Below are positions 9,530-19,422 of a stretch of DNA of 61,835 bases, one piece after another. This stretch comes from a virus (Duplodnaviria > Caudoviricetes), in IMG/VR virus record IMGVR_UViG_3300032291_002198, positions 1 through 61,835 of that record. One strand, given 5' to 3'. Both the position numbers and the translations under genes were made by a program. The notes below the pieces were generated by a model. It was not told the origin of the DNA. It saw nothing but the letters and a program-made list of their open reading frames with translations, and searched no databases. Position 1 is the stretch's first letter. Every line of letters starts with the position of its first letter.

Positions 9530-10924
9530 ATGTCTTTAACTAGCTCACCTCCCGTTTTTAACGACAACAAGGCAGCAGTATTCCGCCGCCTTGACCCGAC
9601 CAAGTACAGCTCCTTGGGCGACTACATCGACGAAGTAAACGCTCCTGACAACCGTGACCAATTGGTTAAAACCTACGGTTACCAGCAAATCAGTGGCGGT
9701 CTTACGGGGTTTCTAAACCTTACAGGCGCCGTACGCGGAAACGGTACCGCCGATGAGGTTCAATACTGGGAAGAAACTCGCCTGCACTCTTACGCGTCTG
9801 TAGCTCCTACGGCTTCTGCCGCTGCTGCTGCTACTACGTTCGTAGGCCTAAAGGCAACCAGCGACGCTTCTGTCCTTCGCTTGAATGACGTAGTTCTTGT
9901 TGGTGGTCAAGACCGCTTCATCGTTACGGCTATCAGCCCGACCGGTGAAGTTTCAAACACCGCTACCGCTAACTACACCTTCCAAGCTCTTTCTAGCACT
10001 GGCCTGACCGCCTCTGTAAGCACGGCTTCCATCAACCTTCCGGTTATTGGTAACCTGTTTGCTCAAGGCACCGACCAGAACACTGGCTACTTGGAATCTA
10101 ACGTTATCAAGCGTACGAATCCTTACAGCATCATCAAGGAAGTATTCAAGGTTACCGGTTCGCAAGCAACGAACATCGGCTGGATTAACGTCGGAAACGG
10201 CGACTACCGCTGGTACGTTAAGGGCGAAATGGACACCCGTGCTCGCTTCCTAGACAAGCGTGAGATGATGTTGTTGCTCGGCCAGAACATCACTAGCTCT
10301 CTGACCACCACGAACATCCAAGGTCTTCCTACGGCTGGCGAAGGTTACTTCTCTGCCATCGAGAACCGCGGTATCGTACAAGCTGGCCAGATTGATGACT
10401 TCACCGAGTTCGACCTTTTGGTTGCTGAACTTGACAAGCAAGGCGCCGCTCCTGAGTACGCCATGTACGTCAATACGGCTCAAGACCTCAAGCTTGACGA
10501 TATGGTTGCTACGTTGAACGGTGCTGCTGGATTCGGAAGCGCTACTATCGGTGTTAACGCATTCGGTGGTAAAGTGAACGAAGCTGCAATGCTGGGCTTC
10601 AAGTCGTTCTCTCGTGGTTCTTACACGTTCCACAAGCACTCTTGGAAGCTTCTCAACGACCCGACCTTGTTGTCTGGTTCAAAGTACCTCGGCGTAATGA
10701 TTCCTATGACCACTGTTGTTGACCCCAAGACCGGCAACCGCGCCGCTGCCTTGGAGCTTAACTACAAGGACACGAATGGTTACAGCCGCGAAATGGAGCA
10801 CTGGATGACCGGTTCTATCCTGGGCGTTGCTAACACGAACGAGGACTCACTGCAGTTCAACTACCGTTCGGAGTGCGCTCTGGTTACACGTGCCGCCAAC
10901 CAGCACATCCTTATCAAGGCCTAA
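9530..10924 (+). CDS. Major capsid protein
   Basis: 464 aa; strongly biased codons; WEETRLH, GFKSFSRGSYTFHK and YRSECAL pattern; followed by a strong terminator. Confidence 0.8.
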   Translation: MSLTSSPPVFNDNKAAVFRRLDPTKYSSLGDYIDEVNAPDNRDQLVKTYGYQQISGGLTGFLNLTGAVRGNGTADEVQYWEETRLHSYASVAPTASAAAAATTFVGLKATSDASVLRLNDVVLVGGQDRFIVTAISPTGEVSNTATANYTFQALSSTGLTASVSTASINLPVIGNLFAQGTDQNTGYLESNVIKRTNPYSIIKEVFKVTGSQATNIGWINVGNGDYRWYVKGEMDTRARFLDKREMMLLLGQNITSSLTTTNIQGLPTAGEGYFSAIENRGIVQAGQIDDFTEFDLLVAELDKQGAAPEYAMYVNTAQDLKLDDMVATLNGAAGFGSATIGVNAFGGKVNEAAMLGFKSFSRGSYTFHKHSWKLLNDPTLLSGSKYLGVMIPMTTVVDPKTGNRAAALELNYKDTNGYSREMEHWMTGSILGVANTNEDSLQFNYRSECALVTRAANQHILIKA

Positions 10925-10936
10925 ACCTTGAAATCT

Positions 10937-10968
10937 GAGGAAGGGGGCTTCGGCCCCCTCCTCTTTTT
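10937..10968 (+). terminator. Intrinsic terminator after MCP
   Basis: AGGGGGC-TTCG-GCCCCCT hairpin followed by a T-tract. Confidence 0.9.
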
Positions 10969-10991
10969 CTTTCTCTTAATTTCATTTAGTA

Positions 10992-11813
10992 ATGAGCACT
11001 GAACAAACCCCAGCACCCGCCAAGCGCGGACCCCGTGTCATCGAGGCACCTACTCCAACAGCTCCGCGTGGAGTACCCGTTGTAAAGCGGGAGCAAACAC
11101 CAGACCTTCAAAAAATCTATGAGATTCCTTACGGAGGAGGTATTGTTTGCAAAATCAAATCTGAATCAACCGTATACGATAAGGAGACTCGCCAAGTACG
11201 AGGAATTCGTTACTGCCCTAACGAGCCAAGCGTATACATGGATGAGCAAAGCTACAGCGCACGCCGTGAGCACATTGTCTTCCGTAATGGAATGCTGATT
11301 GTCCCTGAGAACAAGCCGAACCTGGCCCAGTTCCTTGACCTGCACCCACAGAACCGTGCTAATGGTGGTGAATTATTTCAACTCGTAGAGCGTAGCCGTA
11401 ACGTACAGGCTCAGGTTGACCGCGAGTTCTTGCTGCATGATGCTGTTGCTCTCGTGCGCAACAAGGAGCTCGACGAGCTACTTGCTGTTGCCGTAGCTCT
11501 TGGCATCAACATCCAGCAGAAGACCATTGAAATTCGCCGTGAGCTTCTCACAGAAGCTAAGGCGAATCCGGAGGCATTCATGAAGATGTTTGACGACCCT
11601 CGTGTCAAGTGCCGTTCTGCGGTAATCCAATCAAATGATTTTCAAATCATTTCACTGCGTCCTGACGGGGTGTACTGGTTTGATAGCGGTCGCTTGATTC
11701 TGTCTGTTCCTGCTGGTCAAGACCCGACAGATATCATGGTTCGTTTCTGCTTGACAGAAAAGGGAGCGTCTGTATATGAGGAACTTGTTTCACGACTCGA
11801 GAAATTGTCGTAG
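10992..11813 (+). CDS. Conserved phage protein downstream of MCP (likely structural/assembly)
   Basis: 273-aa ORF; IRYCPNEPS, IVFRNG and FLDLHP motifs; position in the head module. Confidence 0.7.
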   Translation: MSTEQTPAPAKRGPRVIEAPTPTAPRGVPVVKREQTPDLQKIYEIPYGGGIVCKIKSESTVYDKETRQVRGIRYCPNEPSVYMDEQSYSARREHIVFRNGMLIVPENKPNLAQFLDLHPQNRANGGELFQLVERSRNVQAQVDREFLLHDAVALVRNKELDELLAVAVALGINIQQKTIEIRRELLTEAKANPEAFMKMFDDPRVKCRSAVIQSNDFQIISLRPDGVYWFDSGRLILSVPAGQDPTDIMVRFCLTEKGASVYEELVSRLEKLS

Positions 11814-11899
11814 ATTTGTTCCACACATCAAGCGTCAGACCATTCTGGTTGGTATCCATGGTCTGACAAACTGGGGGCTTAGGCCCCCTTTTTCTTTTT
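11811..11899 (+). ncRNA. Candidate ~75-nt small RNA with its own promoter and terminator
   Basis: TAGATTTG at 11811; perfect 10-bp stem GTCAGACCAT/ATGGTCTGAC; then GGGGGC-TTAG-GCCCCC and a T-tract. Confidence 0.5.
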
Positions 11900-11900
11900 G

Positions 11901-11908
11901 TATATTTG
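11901..11908 (+). promoter_or_regulatory. Bacteroidota -7 promoter (TATATTTG) for the tail operon
   Basis: TAnnTTTG after the terminator and before ATG 11926. Confidence 0.65.
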
Positions 11909-11925
11909 CTTCAAAGCCAAAGACT

Positions 11926-12678
11926 ATGGCAAGTGTAGAAAGAATATACCGTGCAGTAAAGGACATAGCGAACAAAGACCAGCGTGGATTCATTACGCCG
12001 GCCATCTTCAACGAGTTCGCAGGCATCGCTCAAATGAACGTATTCAACCGTTTGTTTGACGAGATGAGCCTTGCTGTGCGAATGCGCCGCGCTGGCACAG
12101 ATGCTCAGCGTCAGTTCGCTAAAGCAAAAAAAGTTGAAGAAGACCTTTCCACGTTTTCAAAGAAAGCCACTTTGAATCTGGCTTCTGGAGTTGTTGATAA
12201 GCCGGCAGACTTTGCTCGTGTCATTTCTATAACGACACCTGGACGATACGTGCTTGGACAATACCAGCAGTACCAAGTCCAGATTGTGTACAACACGGAG
12301 CACATCGACAGAATCCTAAACAGCGACTTATCTAAGCCGACGAGCACTGCACCAGTGGCGCTGATTGGAAATCAGATTGAGGTCTTTCCAAACGTAAATA
12401 CGAGTGTCACTTCTATTGTGCTTCGCTACTACAAGCTGCCTCAGGGAATCGTTCCTACTACTGGAGCGAAGACAACCGCTGCGCCAACGTATGGATATAC
12501 TTCGGTAGTTCCTGGTGTTGAGCTATACTCTGCAGCAAACAGCGTTGACTTTGAGCTTCCAGAGCAGTATTTCACTGAGATTGTTACGGAGATTTTGATG
12601 CTTGTTGGAGTGAACCTCAGGGACAACGACGTATACAACTACGCAGCAAGTGAAACCGCTAAAGACGAAGCTCAATAA
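11926..12678 (+). CDS. Putative tail adaptor/tubular protein
   Basis: Start reassigned to ATG 11926 (after terminator and promoter); ANKDQRGFITPAIFN motif; DFELP near the C-terminus. Confidence 0.7.
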   Translation: MASVERIYRAVKDIANKDQRGFITPAIFNEFAGIAQMNVFNRLFDEMSLAVRMRRAGTDAQRQFAKAKKVEEDLSTFSKKATLNLASGVVDKPADFARVISITTPGRYVLGQYQQYQVQIVYNTEHIDRILNSDLSKPTSTAPVALIGNQIEVFPNVNTSVTSIVLRYYKLPQGIVPTTGAKTTAAPTYGYTSVVPGVELYSAANSVDFELPEQYFTEIVTEILMLVGVNLRDNDVYNYAASETAKDEAQ

Positions 12679-13427
12679 TGGCCACATCATACGCATTCAT
12701 TCCATTAGACCAGGTAATCAACGACTACATCATTGCGATGCAGGAGGACGATTACGCGTCCAATGTATCTGACTACCAAATCCGCCAATACGCTCTTCGT
12801 GGTATTCGTGAGTTCGGGATGGATATCTCTGCGAATATCAAGAGCACGCAGCTTACGGTTAACGAGCAATATGGATATGTTGAGATTCCAAGTGACCTTC
12901 TTGCCCTGACCAAAATCGGACAGCTAGGTGCCGACGGTCTGGTATATGTTTTTGCCGAAAACAAAAACATGAACCTTCTCAAGAATCAGCCGGCTGAAGA
13001 CGTACCAGATTACCTTCTTGGTTTTGATTCTTACGTCTTTCGCAATTTCATCTTTGAGTCTACTGTTGGCCGTTTGTACGGTATGGGTGGTGGACAGGGC
13101 GCTGGCGAATACCGCATGAACTGGGCAGAGAATCGCATTGAGATTTCCATGCTGTCCGATACTACTCAAGTAGTTATTGAGTACATCACCGATGAAGCCA
13201 AATGCGAAAACCCATGTGTACCGACCGCTGCAGAAGAAGCCCTGAGGGCATACATATACTTCAAGACGCTGGAGCGAAAGTCCAGCGTACCGATGGGGGA
13301 AAAGCAGCGTGCACGTGCCGAATACTACAACCAGCTCCGTCTGGCGAACTCCCGTCTGAAGTCGTTCAGCAAGGATGATGCTCTGCAAATCATCCGCCGC
13401 AACTACCGTCTCAGTCCTAAAGCATAA
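12678..13427 (+). CDS. Putative tail/neck structural protein
   Basis: Coupled to the upstream gene; VVIEYITD and AEEALRAYI; position before the tail stabilisation gene. Confidence 0.65.
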   Translation: MATSYAFIPLDQVINDYIIAMQEDDYASNVSDYQIRQYALRGIREFGMDISANIKSTQLTVNEQYGYVEIPSDLLALTKIGQLGADGLVYVFAENKNMNLLKNQPAEDVPDYLLGFDSYVFRNFIFESTVGRLYGMGGGQGAGEYRMNWAENRIEISMLSDTTQVVIEYITDEAKCENPCVPTAAEEALRAYIYFKTLERKSSVPMGEKQRARAEYYNQLRLANSRLKSFSKDDALQIIRRNYRLSPKA

Positions 13428-13430
13428 TCT

Positions 13431-16400
13431 ATGCCGTCTATTGATAAGCTCATACCGCGCTATCTCAACACCGATGATGATGAGCGCCTCGTAAAGAACG
13501 TAGAAATGACTGATGCGCAAAACCTGCGCGTGTCAGTTGACGTTGAGCGAGATGCGCTTGTAATCAAAAATGCTTACGGAAACGTAGCACGGTCTAGCAC
13601 GCTTCAGAATGGCTCAATGCCTGCCGGAACCAACAAGACTATTGGCTCTGTTACTGACGACACGACCAATCAAATCTACTTCGCTGTATACAACAGCAAC
13701 GACGCGCACCTAATCATCCGTTACGATGGTAATGGAAAGAAGGCATACAAGGTGTACCAGGACTCTGTGCTGCAGTTCTCGCAGAACTCATTTGTGCAGA
13801 TGTCTGTCGTTCGCAACTCGAACACTGACATCTTGCTGTACCTCAACGATGGACTTACTCCGCCCAAAAAGATTAACGCAACTAAGGCAGAGCAGAGCTT
13901 CACTGGAATCGGTGGATACCCCGCTCCATTTTCTACTGGGACAGATGCGGAAAAGCTGCTCTACATCACTGTTGCTAAGCAGCCTCCTTTGGAGCCCCCA
14001 ACCATATCTTTCACAAACAATCCAAACTACCCTCAGAACGACATATTTGAGAAGAACTTTCAGTTCGCTTATCAGTATGAGTACATGGATGGTGAGCAGT
14101 CTGCGCTCAGCCCGTATTCGGAGCTGAGCGTTACGGAGTTTCAGCTGAAGGATGGATTCATCAACAACGCAGACAGGTATACGCTCAACCAGATAAATAT
14201 CTCTGTAACCAACAGCAAAGGAGACGTAAACAAAATCAAGATATACGCTCGTCGCGGCGACCGAGATGCTCCTTTCTTCCTGATTGGAACGCTGCTAAAC
14301 AACACCACTATAGGAACTCAGGTACTTCAATTTCGTGATGACCAGAGCTATATTCCGCTAGCAGCCGAAGTACAGGACAAGCGATACGACAACGTTCCAC
14401 AGGTTGCTGACTCACAAGCTATCTGCAGTAGCCGCCTCTTCTATGGCGGCTACACCGAGGGATATCCAAACCTTTCAGTAGAGGGTACATCAGTCACTCC
14501 AAACTATAACGAAAAGCCAACGGTATATGACCTATCTGTTGCGTTTGTTTCGAATCCTGGGTCTGCCTATACTAATGATGAAACTCTTCAGAACAGATAC
14601 TTCTCTATTGATTACTCGGGCCTTCCTGCTACTGTTACTGAGGACTCATCGTTGTTCTTGTCATTTGCGTTTGATGATGGCTTTGTAGTACTGAAAAATA
14701 TACTTGGCGATAACGACAACTACAGCTTCTTCGCGGGAAACGGAAGTTCGGCAATCAATGTTTCTCCAAATGTGTCAGGAGCATCAAATCAACTTGAGGC
14801 CATTTCTGGCATGCGGATACCTGCAGATGGAAGTGGTTTGACTCCTGGACCAAATGCAAATGGTCCGTTGAACTGTCCTCCGACTATTCACTTCATTAAG
14901 CAAAAAGACACGAGCGAAACTGAAGACACGCAAATTCCAATCAATCATATCATTGGCGGAATCAAACTTCTAACTAGTGGGATACAAGTTCGTGAACGTG
15001 TAGATATTCCATCTGGAACTTCTCGAGCAAGCACTATTGCTTTAGTAGAGCGTGCTATCTGCAAACGCTACCCTTTTCTGGCTAATTCCCAGCCTGGTAA
15101 TGGTGGATTTAGCCGATTCACAACGGGAGGAGATACTCCAAGCACTACTGAATCTGCTGCATTCAAAGGAAAAGGATATGCTCGTGTATTGCCAGAGGCA
15201 AACGGAGGGACTTCAACTCTGAAAACGTACAAAGTCTTGATTGACTCTCTTACTATTTCAGTTGACAAGTTTGTATTTGGAACGAAGCAGGCAGACGTAA
15301 TAGACCCAGAGTCGCCAACAGCCCAATTTGATTTCATTGAGGGAGCTCGCAACTCATTCGGTCAAAATAATAGAATTCGCATCCCTGATTTTGTAAGCAA
15401 TGGCCGCGGACAGCTTGTTAAGCTAAATGATTTCAGGGGTCAAACGGACGCTAGGGATGGACAAGTATTGCGGACCAATGCCTCTGTGACTCAAGCTGGA
15501 TGCTTCATGATTGCAAATGCAAAAATGAATGGTACCCAATGCTTCAAGTCTGGCTCTATGCACCAGCTTGGAGTCATCTATTTTGACGACCGAGGTCGAG
15601 CTGGAGGTGTTCAAAAGGTTGGCGCTGCTGATATCCTTCATACCAACAACAGAAGCACTCAGAACGGCTTAGATGGCTTTGCTAATGTGGTTATGCGTAT
15701 CAAGCACAATCCGCCAGTATGGGCCAAGAGATACGCCCCAGTATACGTTGGAAGAGGTTCAATCATAAACAAGGTTCAGTACAGTGTAGGTGGTGCATAT
15801 CTTGCATTCAACGATATGTCAAACCAGGGTTCTTTTGGTGCAAACCAAAGCATCTATCTATCTCTGAATACTCTTCAGGGGAAAGAGAACTCTTACACAA
15901 ATCAGTTCGGAGCGATTATTGAATATGGATTCGCTATTGGAGACAAGGTGCGTATCGTAAGGTATGGAAACAATCAAAAGGTTCAGTACGTATTCAAGGT
16001 AGTCAAAACGGTAAACCTCATAGATGATTCCTTATTGAATCCTCTGTTGGACAGAAGCTCGATGGCTGCTATTCAAAATACCACCGGTACGTTTCTTGTA
16101 ATTGAGGACAACTCTCTAGCTGATGGCTTCAACTCAAAGAGCATCCTTGATGATAACACAAATTGGAATGACGATTGCGTTATTGAGATATATCGAGAGA
16201 ACAAAGCGTTTGATACCACGCTCTACTACGAGATAGGCACCAACCTACCAATCACCGCTGGAGTTCACGGCTCAGAACGCACTACGCTTACCACCAGCGT
16301 TAAGCTCACTTCTCAATCTAGCAATCAGGTAAGCGGATATACCGTTGCTCAGATATACAAAGGAGACATCATTCAAGATAGCTCCGGAAAGAAAATAACT

Positions 16401-18479
16401 GTAGGTAACGTAACGCCAAGTACTGCAGAGTCTGGATTCAACTACCTGTTCTACGGAACTACTGACGCAAACTTCAGTATACCGTCCACAGCAAACTTCA
16501 CTGTGACAAACCCAGATGCTGTTCTGCTTCTAAACAACGGTGATTCATACTATCGTCTTCGCACGCTCCTGACTGGGGCCGGAGCTGCGAATCAGAATAT
16601 CGTTAGCAATACTCGGATTGCATTTGCGCAGAACAATATCGTTGACTTTGTGGAAGACTACCGAGTTAGTGACTTCTACACTTCTGATTATCAATCACTT
16701 GGTCGGACGTTCCCGTTTCTTCCAGATGCCAGAACCTACAAGCGCATTGGCTCGCTTACTTGGTCAGACCCATTCAACAACGAGAACACTACGCTTGGAC
16801 TTTCTTCGTTTAACCTTACGAAGATTAACTATAAGGACCTTGCCTACGACTATGGTTCAATCAGAAGTCTTGTGCCATACAATGAGCTCATGTATGTATT
16901 GCATGAGCGCAGGACTGGTGTAATCCCAGTAGGACGAAACATCATAACTGCAGATACTGGAGAATCTCTGGTGGCTTCTAATTTGATTCTTGGCCCGGTC
17001 AAGTACTACACTGGCGAGTTCGGAATCAACAACAACCCCGAATCTGTCGCTTCATACCGTGGATATGTGTTCTTCATTGATGCCATCGCAGCTAAGGTTT
17101 GCCGCATAGGATTTGAGAGTGGAATCGAGGTAATCAGCGAACAGCTTGTTGACGCATTCTTTGAAAGCAATCTGTACTCTACGCAAACGACAGCCACAAA
17201 CCGTCGGTACATCGGTGGGGTAGACAAGGAGAACACTGAGTATATCATTAGCGCTGAGGCCCTGTATACGTCAGAGATTACGGTTGATGACACGCTAACA
17301 GGAAATGCTGCAATTGGATTTGGCTCTACCAATAGTGCGTCATCGCTAATCAATGCAATCCCAGTTTACGACGATACTCTCACGTTCAACTTTGAGTCTG
17401 ACCCTCGCGACTTTGACGTTAACCAGGATAACTTTGGAACTTCTGGAGCTGGTTTGATTATTACAAACCAGCTTACCAATCAGCCAATTGTAGCCCTGGC
17501 AGAGAGCTATTCCCCGGCGTACCAAAATGGCGCCCTTACTGCAGCCGTACCAGTTGCTGTTACGAGCTCTTCGTTTAACGCCTTCATGCTTTCTACCTTC
17601 AGCCAACAGACCACCCAGCTTACGCTGACCAATTCTGCTGAGTCTACGGGTACAATTACCAATACAGTCCAAACACTTCCTGCGTTTACTATAGCCTACG
17701 ACATCCGTGAAAACTACTGGAGCACGAGGTATTCGTACATACCTGAGCAAATTGTATCACTATCTGATGCGCTCTACACCTTCAAGAACGGAATCATTTA
17801 CGAACATAATCCTAGTGTTGCTCGCAATACATTTTATGGCGTTGCTTCTCCAAGTATCGTTGAAGTGATTTCAAACTTCAACCCATCCATGATTAAGGTC
17901 TATGAGGCGGTTAGTCTGGAAGGCAATAGTTCTGCGTGGTCTTGTACGATGAACAACTCATCTCAGACATCTGCAATTGCAAGCACCATCTGGCAGGACA
18001 AGGAAGGGTTCTACTATGCGCCAATCCATCAGGATTCGACGATGGGCGCCATCTCCACCACATCGACAGCTAACATCACCTCGGTAGATGGAACGTCTCA
18101 GTTCTTCTCTTTGGGCGTAGTTGACTCTGCTTCTGGTAGCGTAATCAACTTCAAGAATGCAATCAACAACATTCCGTTCCCAGTTGGTAGCACTACGGCA
18201 CTGTACAAGCTCAACGTAGCATCAAGCCGTCTTGAGCCACTTGGGTACCGCGCCGACAGCAAGAGTGGGGAGAAGCAAATCACCTGCAATGCAACAGCCT
18301 CTGGCCTTGCCCAGAACAATGTTGTCGTTCTTGTAGCTACTCCGTCCATTGAGGGAGACCCCATGCGAGACTACTACTTGCAGTTGACTTTCACAAACTC
18401 TGTCACCACTGCGCACGAGTTGTACGCTATCAATTTGATATACTCTAAGTCTAATCTACATAACCAGCAAGGTCAGTAA
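13431..18479 (+). CDS. Tail stabilisation/nozzle protein (P22 gp10-like, large Bacteroidetes-phage type)
   Basis: 1682 aa, beta-rich; LNTDDDERLV..DAQN N-terminus, FAYQYEY.DGEQSALSP, GVIYFDDRGR, FGINNNPES and WSTRYSY. Confidence 0.75.
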   Translation: MPSIDKLIPRYLNTDDDERLVKNVEMTDAQNLRVSVDVERDALVIKNAYGNVARSSTLQNGSMPAGTNKTIGSVTDDTTNQIYFAVYNSNDAHLIIRYDGNGKKAYKVYQDSVLQFSQNSFVQMSVVRNSNTDILLYLNDGLTPPKKINATKAEQSFTGIGGYPAPFSTGTDAEKLLYITVAKQPPLEPPTISFTNNPNYPQNDIFEKNFQFAYQYEYMDGEQSALSPYSELSVTEFQLKDGFINNADRYTLNQINISVTNSKGDVNKIKIYARRGDRDAPFFLIGTLLNNTTIGTQVLQFRDDQSYIPLAAEVQDKRYDNVPQVADSQAICSSRLFYGGYTEGYPNLSVEGTSVTPNYNEKPTVYDLSVAFVSNPGSAYTNDETLQNRYFSIDYSGLPATVTEDSSLFLSFAFDDGFVVLKNILGDNDNYSFFAGNGSSAINVSPNVSGASNQLEAISGMRIPADGSGLTPGPNANGPLNCPPTIHFIKQKDTSETEDTQIPINHIIGGIKLLTSGIQVRERVDIPSGTSRASTIALVERAICKRYPFLANSQPGNGGFSRFTTGGDTPSTTESAAFKGKGYARVLPEANGGTSTLKTYKVLIDSLTISVDKFVFGTKQADVIDPESPTAQFDFIEGARNSFGQNNRIRIPDFVSNGRGQLVKLNDFRGQTDARDGQVLRTNASVTQAGCFMIANAKMNGTQCFKSGSMHQLGVIYFDDRGRAGGVQKVGAADILHTNNRSTQNGLDGFANVVMRIKHNPPVWAKRYAPVYVGRGSIINKVQYSVGGAYLAFNDMSNQGSFGANQSIYLSLNTLQGKENSYTNQFGAIIEYGFAIGDKVRIVRYGNNQKVQYVFKVVKTVNLIDDSLLNPLLDRSSMAAIQNTTGTFLVIEDNSLADGFNSKSILDDNTNWNDDCVIEIYRENKAFDTTLYYEIGTNLPITAGVHGSERTTLTTSVKLTSQSSNQVSGYTVAQIYKGDIIQDSSGKKITVGNVTPSTAESGFNYLFYGTTDANFSIPSTANFTVTNPDAVLLLNNGDSYYRLRTLLTGAGAANQNIVSNTRIAFAQNNIVDFVEDYRVSDFYTSDYQSLGRTFPFLPDARTYKRIGSLTWSDPFNNENTTLGLSSFNLTKINYKDLAYDYGSIRSLVPYNELMYVLHERRTGVIPVGRNIITADTGESLVASNLILGPVKYYTGEFGINNNPESVASYRGYVFFIDAIAAKVCRIGFESGIEVISEQLVDAFFESNLYSTQTTATNRRYIGGVDKENTEYIISAEALYTSEITVDDTLTGNAAIGFGSTNSASSLINAIPVYDDTLTFNFESDPRDFDVNQDNFGTSGAGLIITNQLTNQPIVALAESYSPAYQNGALTAAVPVAVTSSSFNAFMLSTFSQQTTQLTLTNSAESTGTITNTVQTLPAFTIAYDIRENYWSTRYSYIPEQIVSLSDALYTFKNGIIYEHNPSVARNTFYGVASPSIVEVISNFNPSMIKVYEAVSLEGNSSAWSCTMNNSSQTSAIASTIWQDKEGFYYAPIHQDSTMGAISTTSTANITSVDGTSQFFSLGVVDSASGSVINFKNAINNIPFPVGSTTALYKLNVASSRLEPLGYRADSKSGEKQITCNATASGLAQNNVVVLVATPSIEGDPMRDYYLQLTFTNSVTTAHELYAINLIYSKSNLHNQQGQ

Positions 18480-18486
18480 AAAACGC

Positions 18487-18494
18487 TACTTTTG
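18487..18494 (+). promoter_or_regulatory. Bacteroidota -7 promoter (TACTTTTG)
   Basis: TAnnTTTG directly before ATG 18499. Confidence 0.6.
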
Positions 18495-18498
18495 TAAT

Positions 18499-19422
18499 AT
18501 GGCTAAACCCAAGAAATTTGTTGTAGGAGGTCTGTTGAACCTCGGCTATGGTCTCGCCACTGCTGGAGCTTCGTATGCTCAGCGTCAGAAAGCTCTGCGC
18601 CAGATGGCTCAGCTCGACCAGTCAGAGCAAGGCATTGTGATGTCAGAAGCTGCTCGCCGTCGTGTTGCTCGTCAAGAGACCGACGCACAAATGGCTCTTG
18701 ACCAAGCAGCCCGCTCTTCGGCATCTTCACTAGCCGCGGCCCAAGAGGCCGGCGGCTCTCGTGCTGTTAGTGCAATCAGCCCTTCTGTCGCTCGTGCACA
18801 AGAGGAGGCTACTGCTCGTGCGCTTCAAGCGTTTGGGTCATACGGCGCACAGATGAGCCAACAGCAGGATTCTGACTTGCTGAACATGAGCCGTAGCCGC
18901 ATTGGACAGGAGCGCGGCGCCCTAAGGGCAGCCGCGGACGCAGCAACCCAGAACATGGTTTCTGGATTGGGAATGGCTGCCGGTGGATTCGCAGAAACGC
19001 TCGGAAGTCTTCCCAAATTGGGCAAGAAGGATAAGACTCAGGAAACGGAAAGCAACTTGGGTACTCGTAGCTTGGGAACTCAACTCAATTTCCCGAACGT
19101 GAAAAAGCCAGCTCCTCTATTCGGAGCTACTGCAACAGAAGAGTACGAGTCTCCAGCTGGAAATATCGTTCTTGATGAGGTGTCAGTAACACCGCGTATT
19201 CAAGCCCAAGGAGGAAAAGCAGTCAAGACACCTGGTGCATTCTCTCACAAAACCAATCCTATTGATGTCATGAAAGACGGAAAGAAGATTGCTGAAATGA
19301 CTGGTGGCGAGTATATCTTTAACCCCAAGCAGTCCGAACAAATGCGAAGCCTTTCCAAGCAAGGAAACTCTGCGCTCCATAAGTTCGTTCGTGACTTGCT
19401 GAGCAAACGTCAGTTCAAATAA
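18499..19422 (+). CDS. Putative internal virion/ejection protein
   Basis: Ala/Gln-rich helical body; C-terminal G.FSH..NPI and EMTGGEYIFN motifs. Confidence 0.65.
   Translation: MAKPKKFVVGGLLNLGYGLATAGASYAQRQKALRQMAQLDQSEQGIVMSEAARRRVARQETDAQMALDQAARSSASSLAAAQEAGGSRAVSAISPSVARAQEEATARALQAFGSYGAQMSQQQDSDLLNMSRSRIGQERGALRAAADAATQNMVSGLGMAAGGFAETLGSLPKLGKKDKTQETESNLGTRSLGTQLNFPNVKKPAPLFGATATEEYESPAGNIVLDEVSVTPRIQAQGGKAVKTPGAFSHKTNPIDVMKDGKKIAEMTGGEYIFNPKQSEQMRSLSKQGNSALHKFVRDLLSKRQFK

Noticed and set aside
11776-11925. N-terminal extension of the 300-aa ORF
   Set aside because: It spans a hairpin, a terminator and a promoter; ATG 11926 is the plausible start
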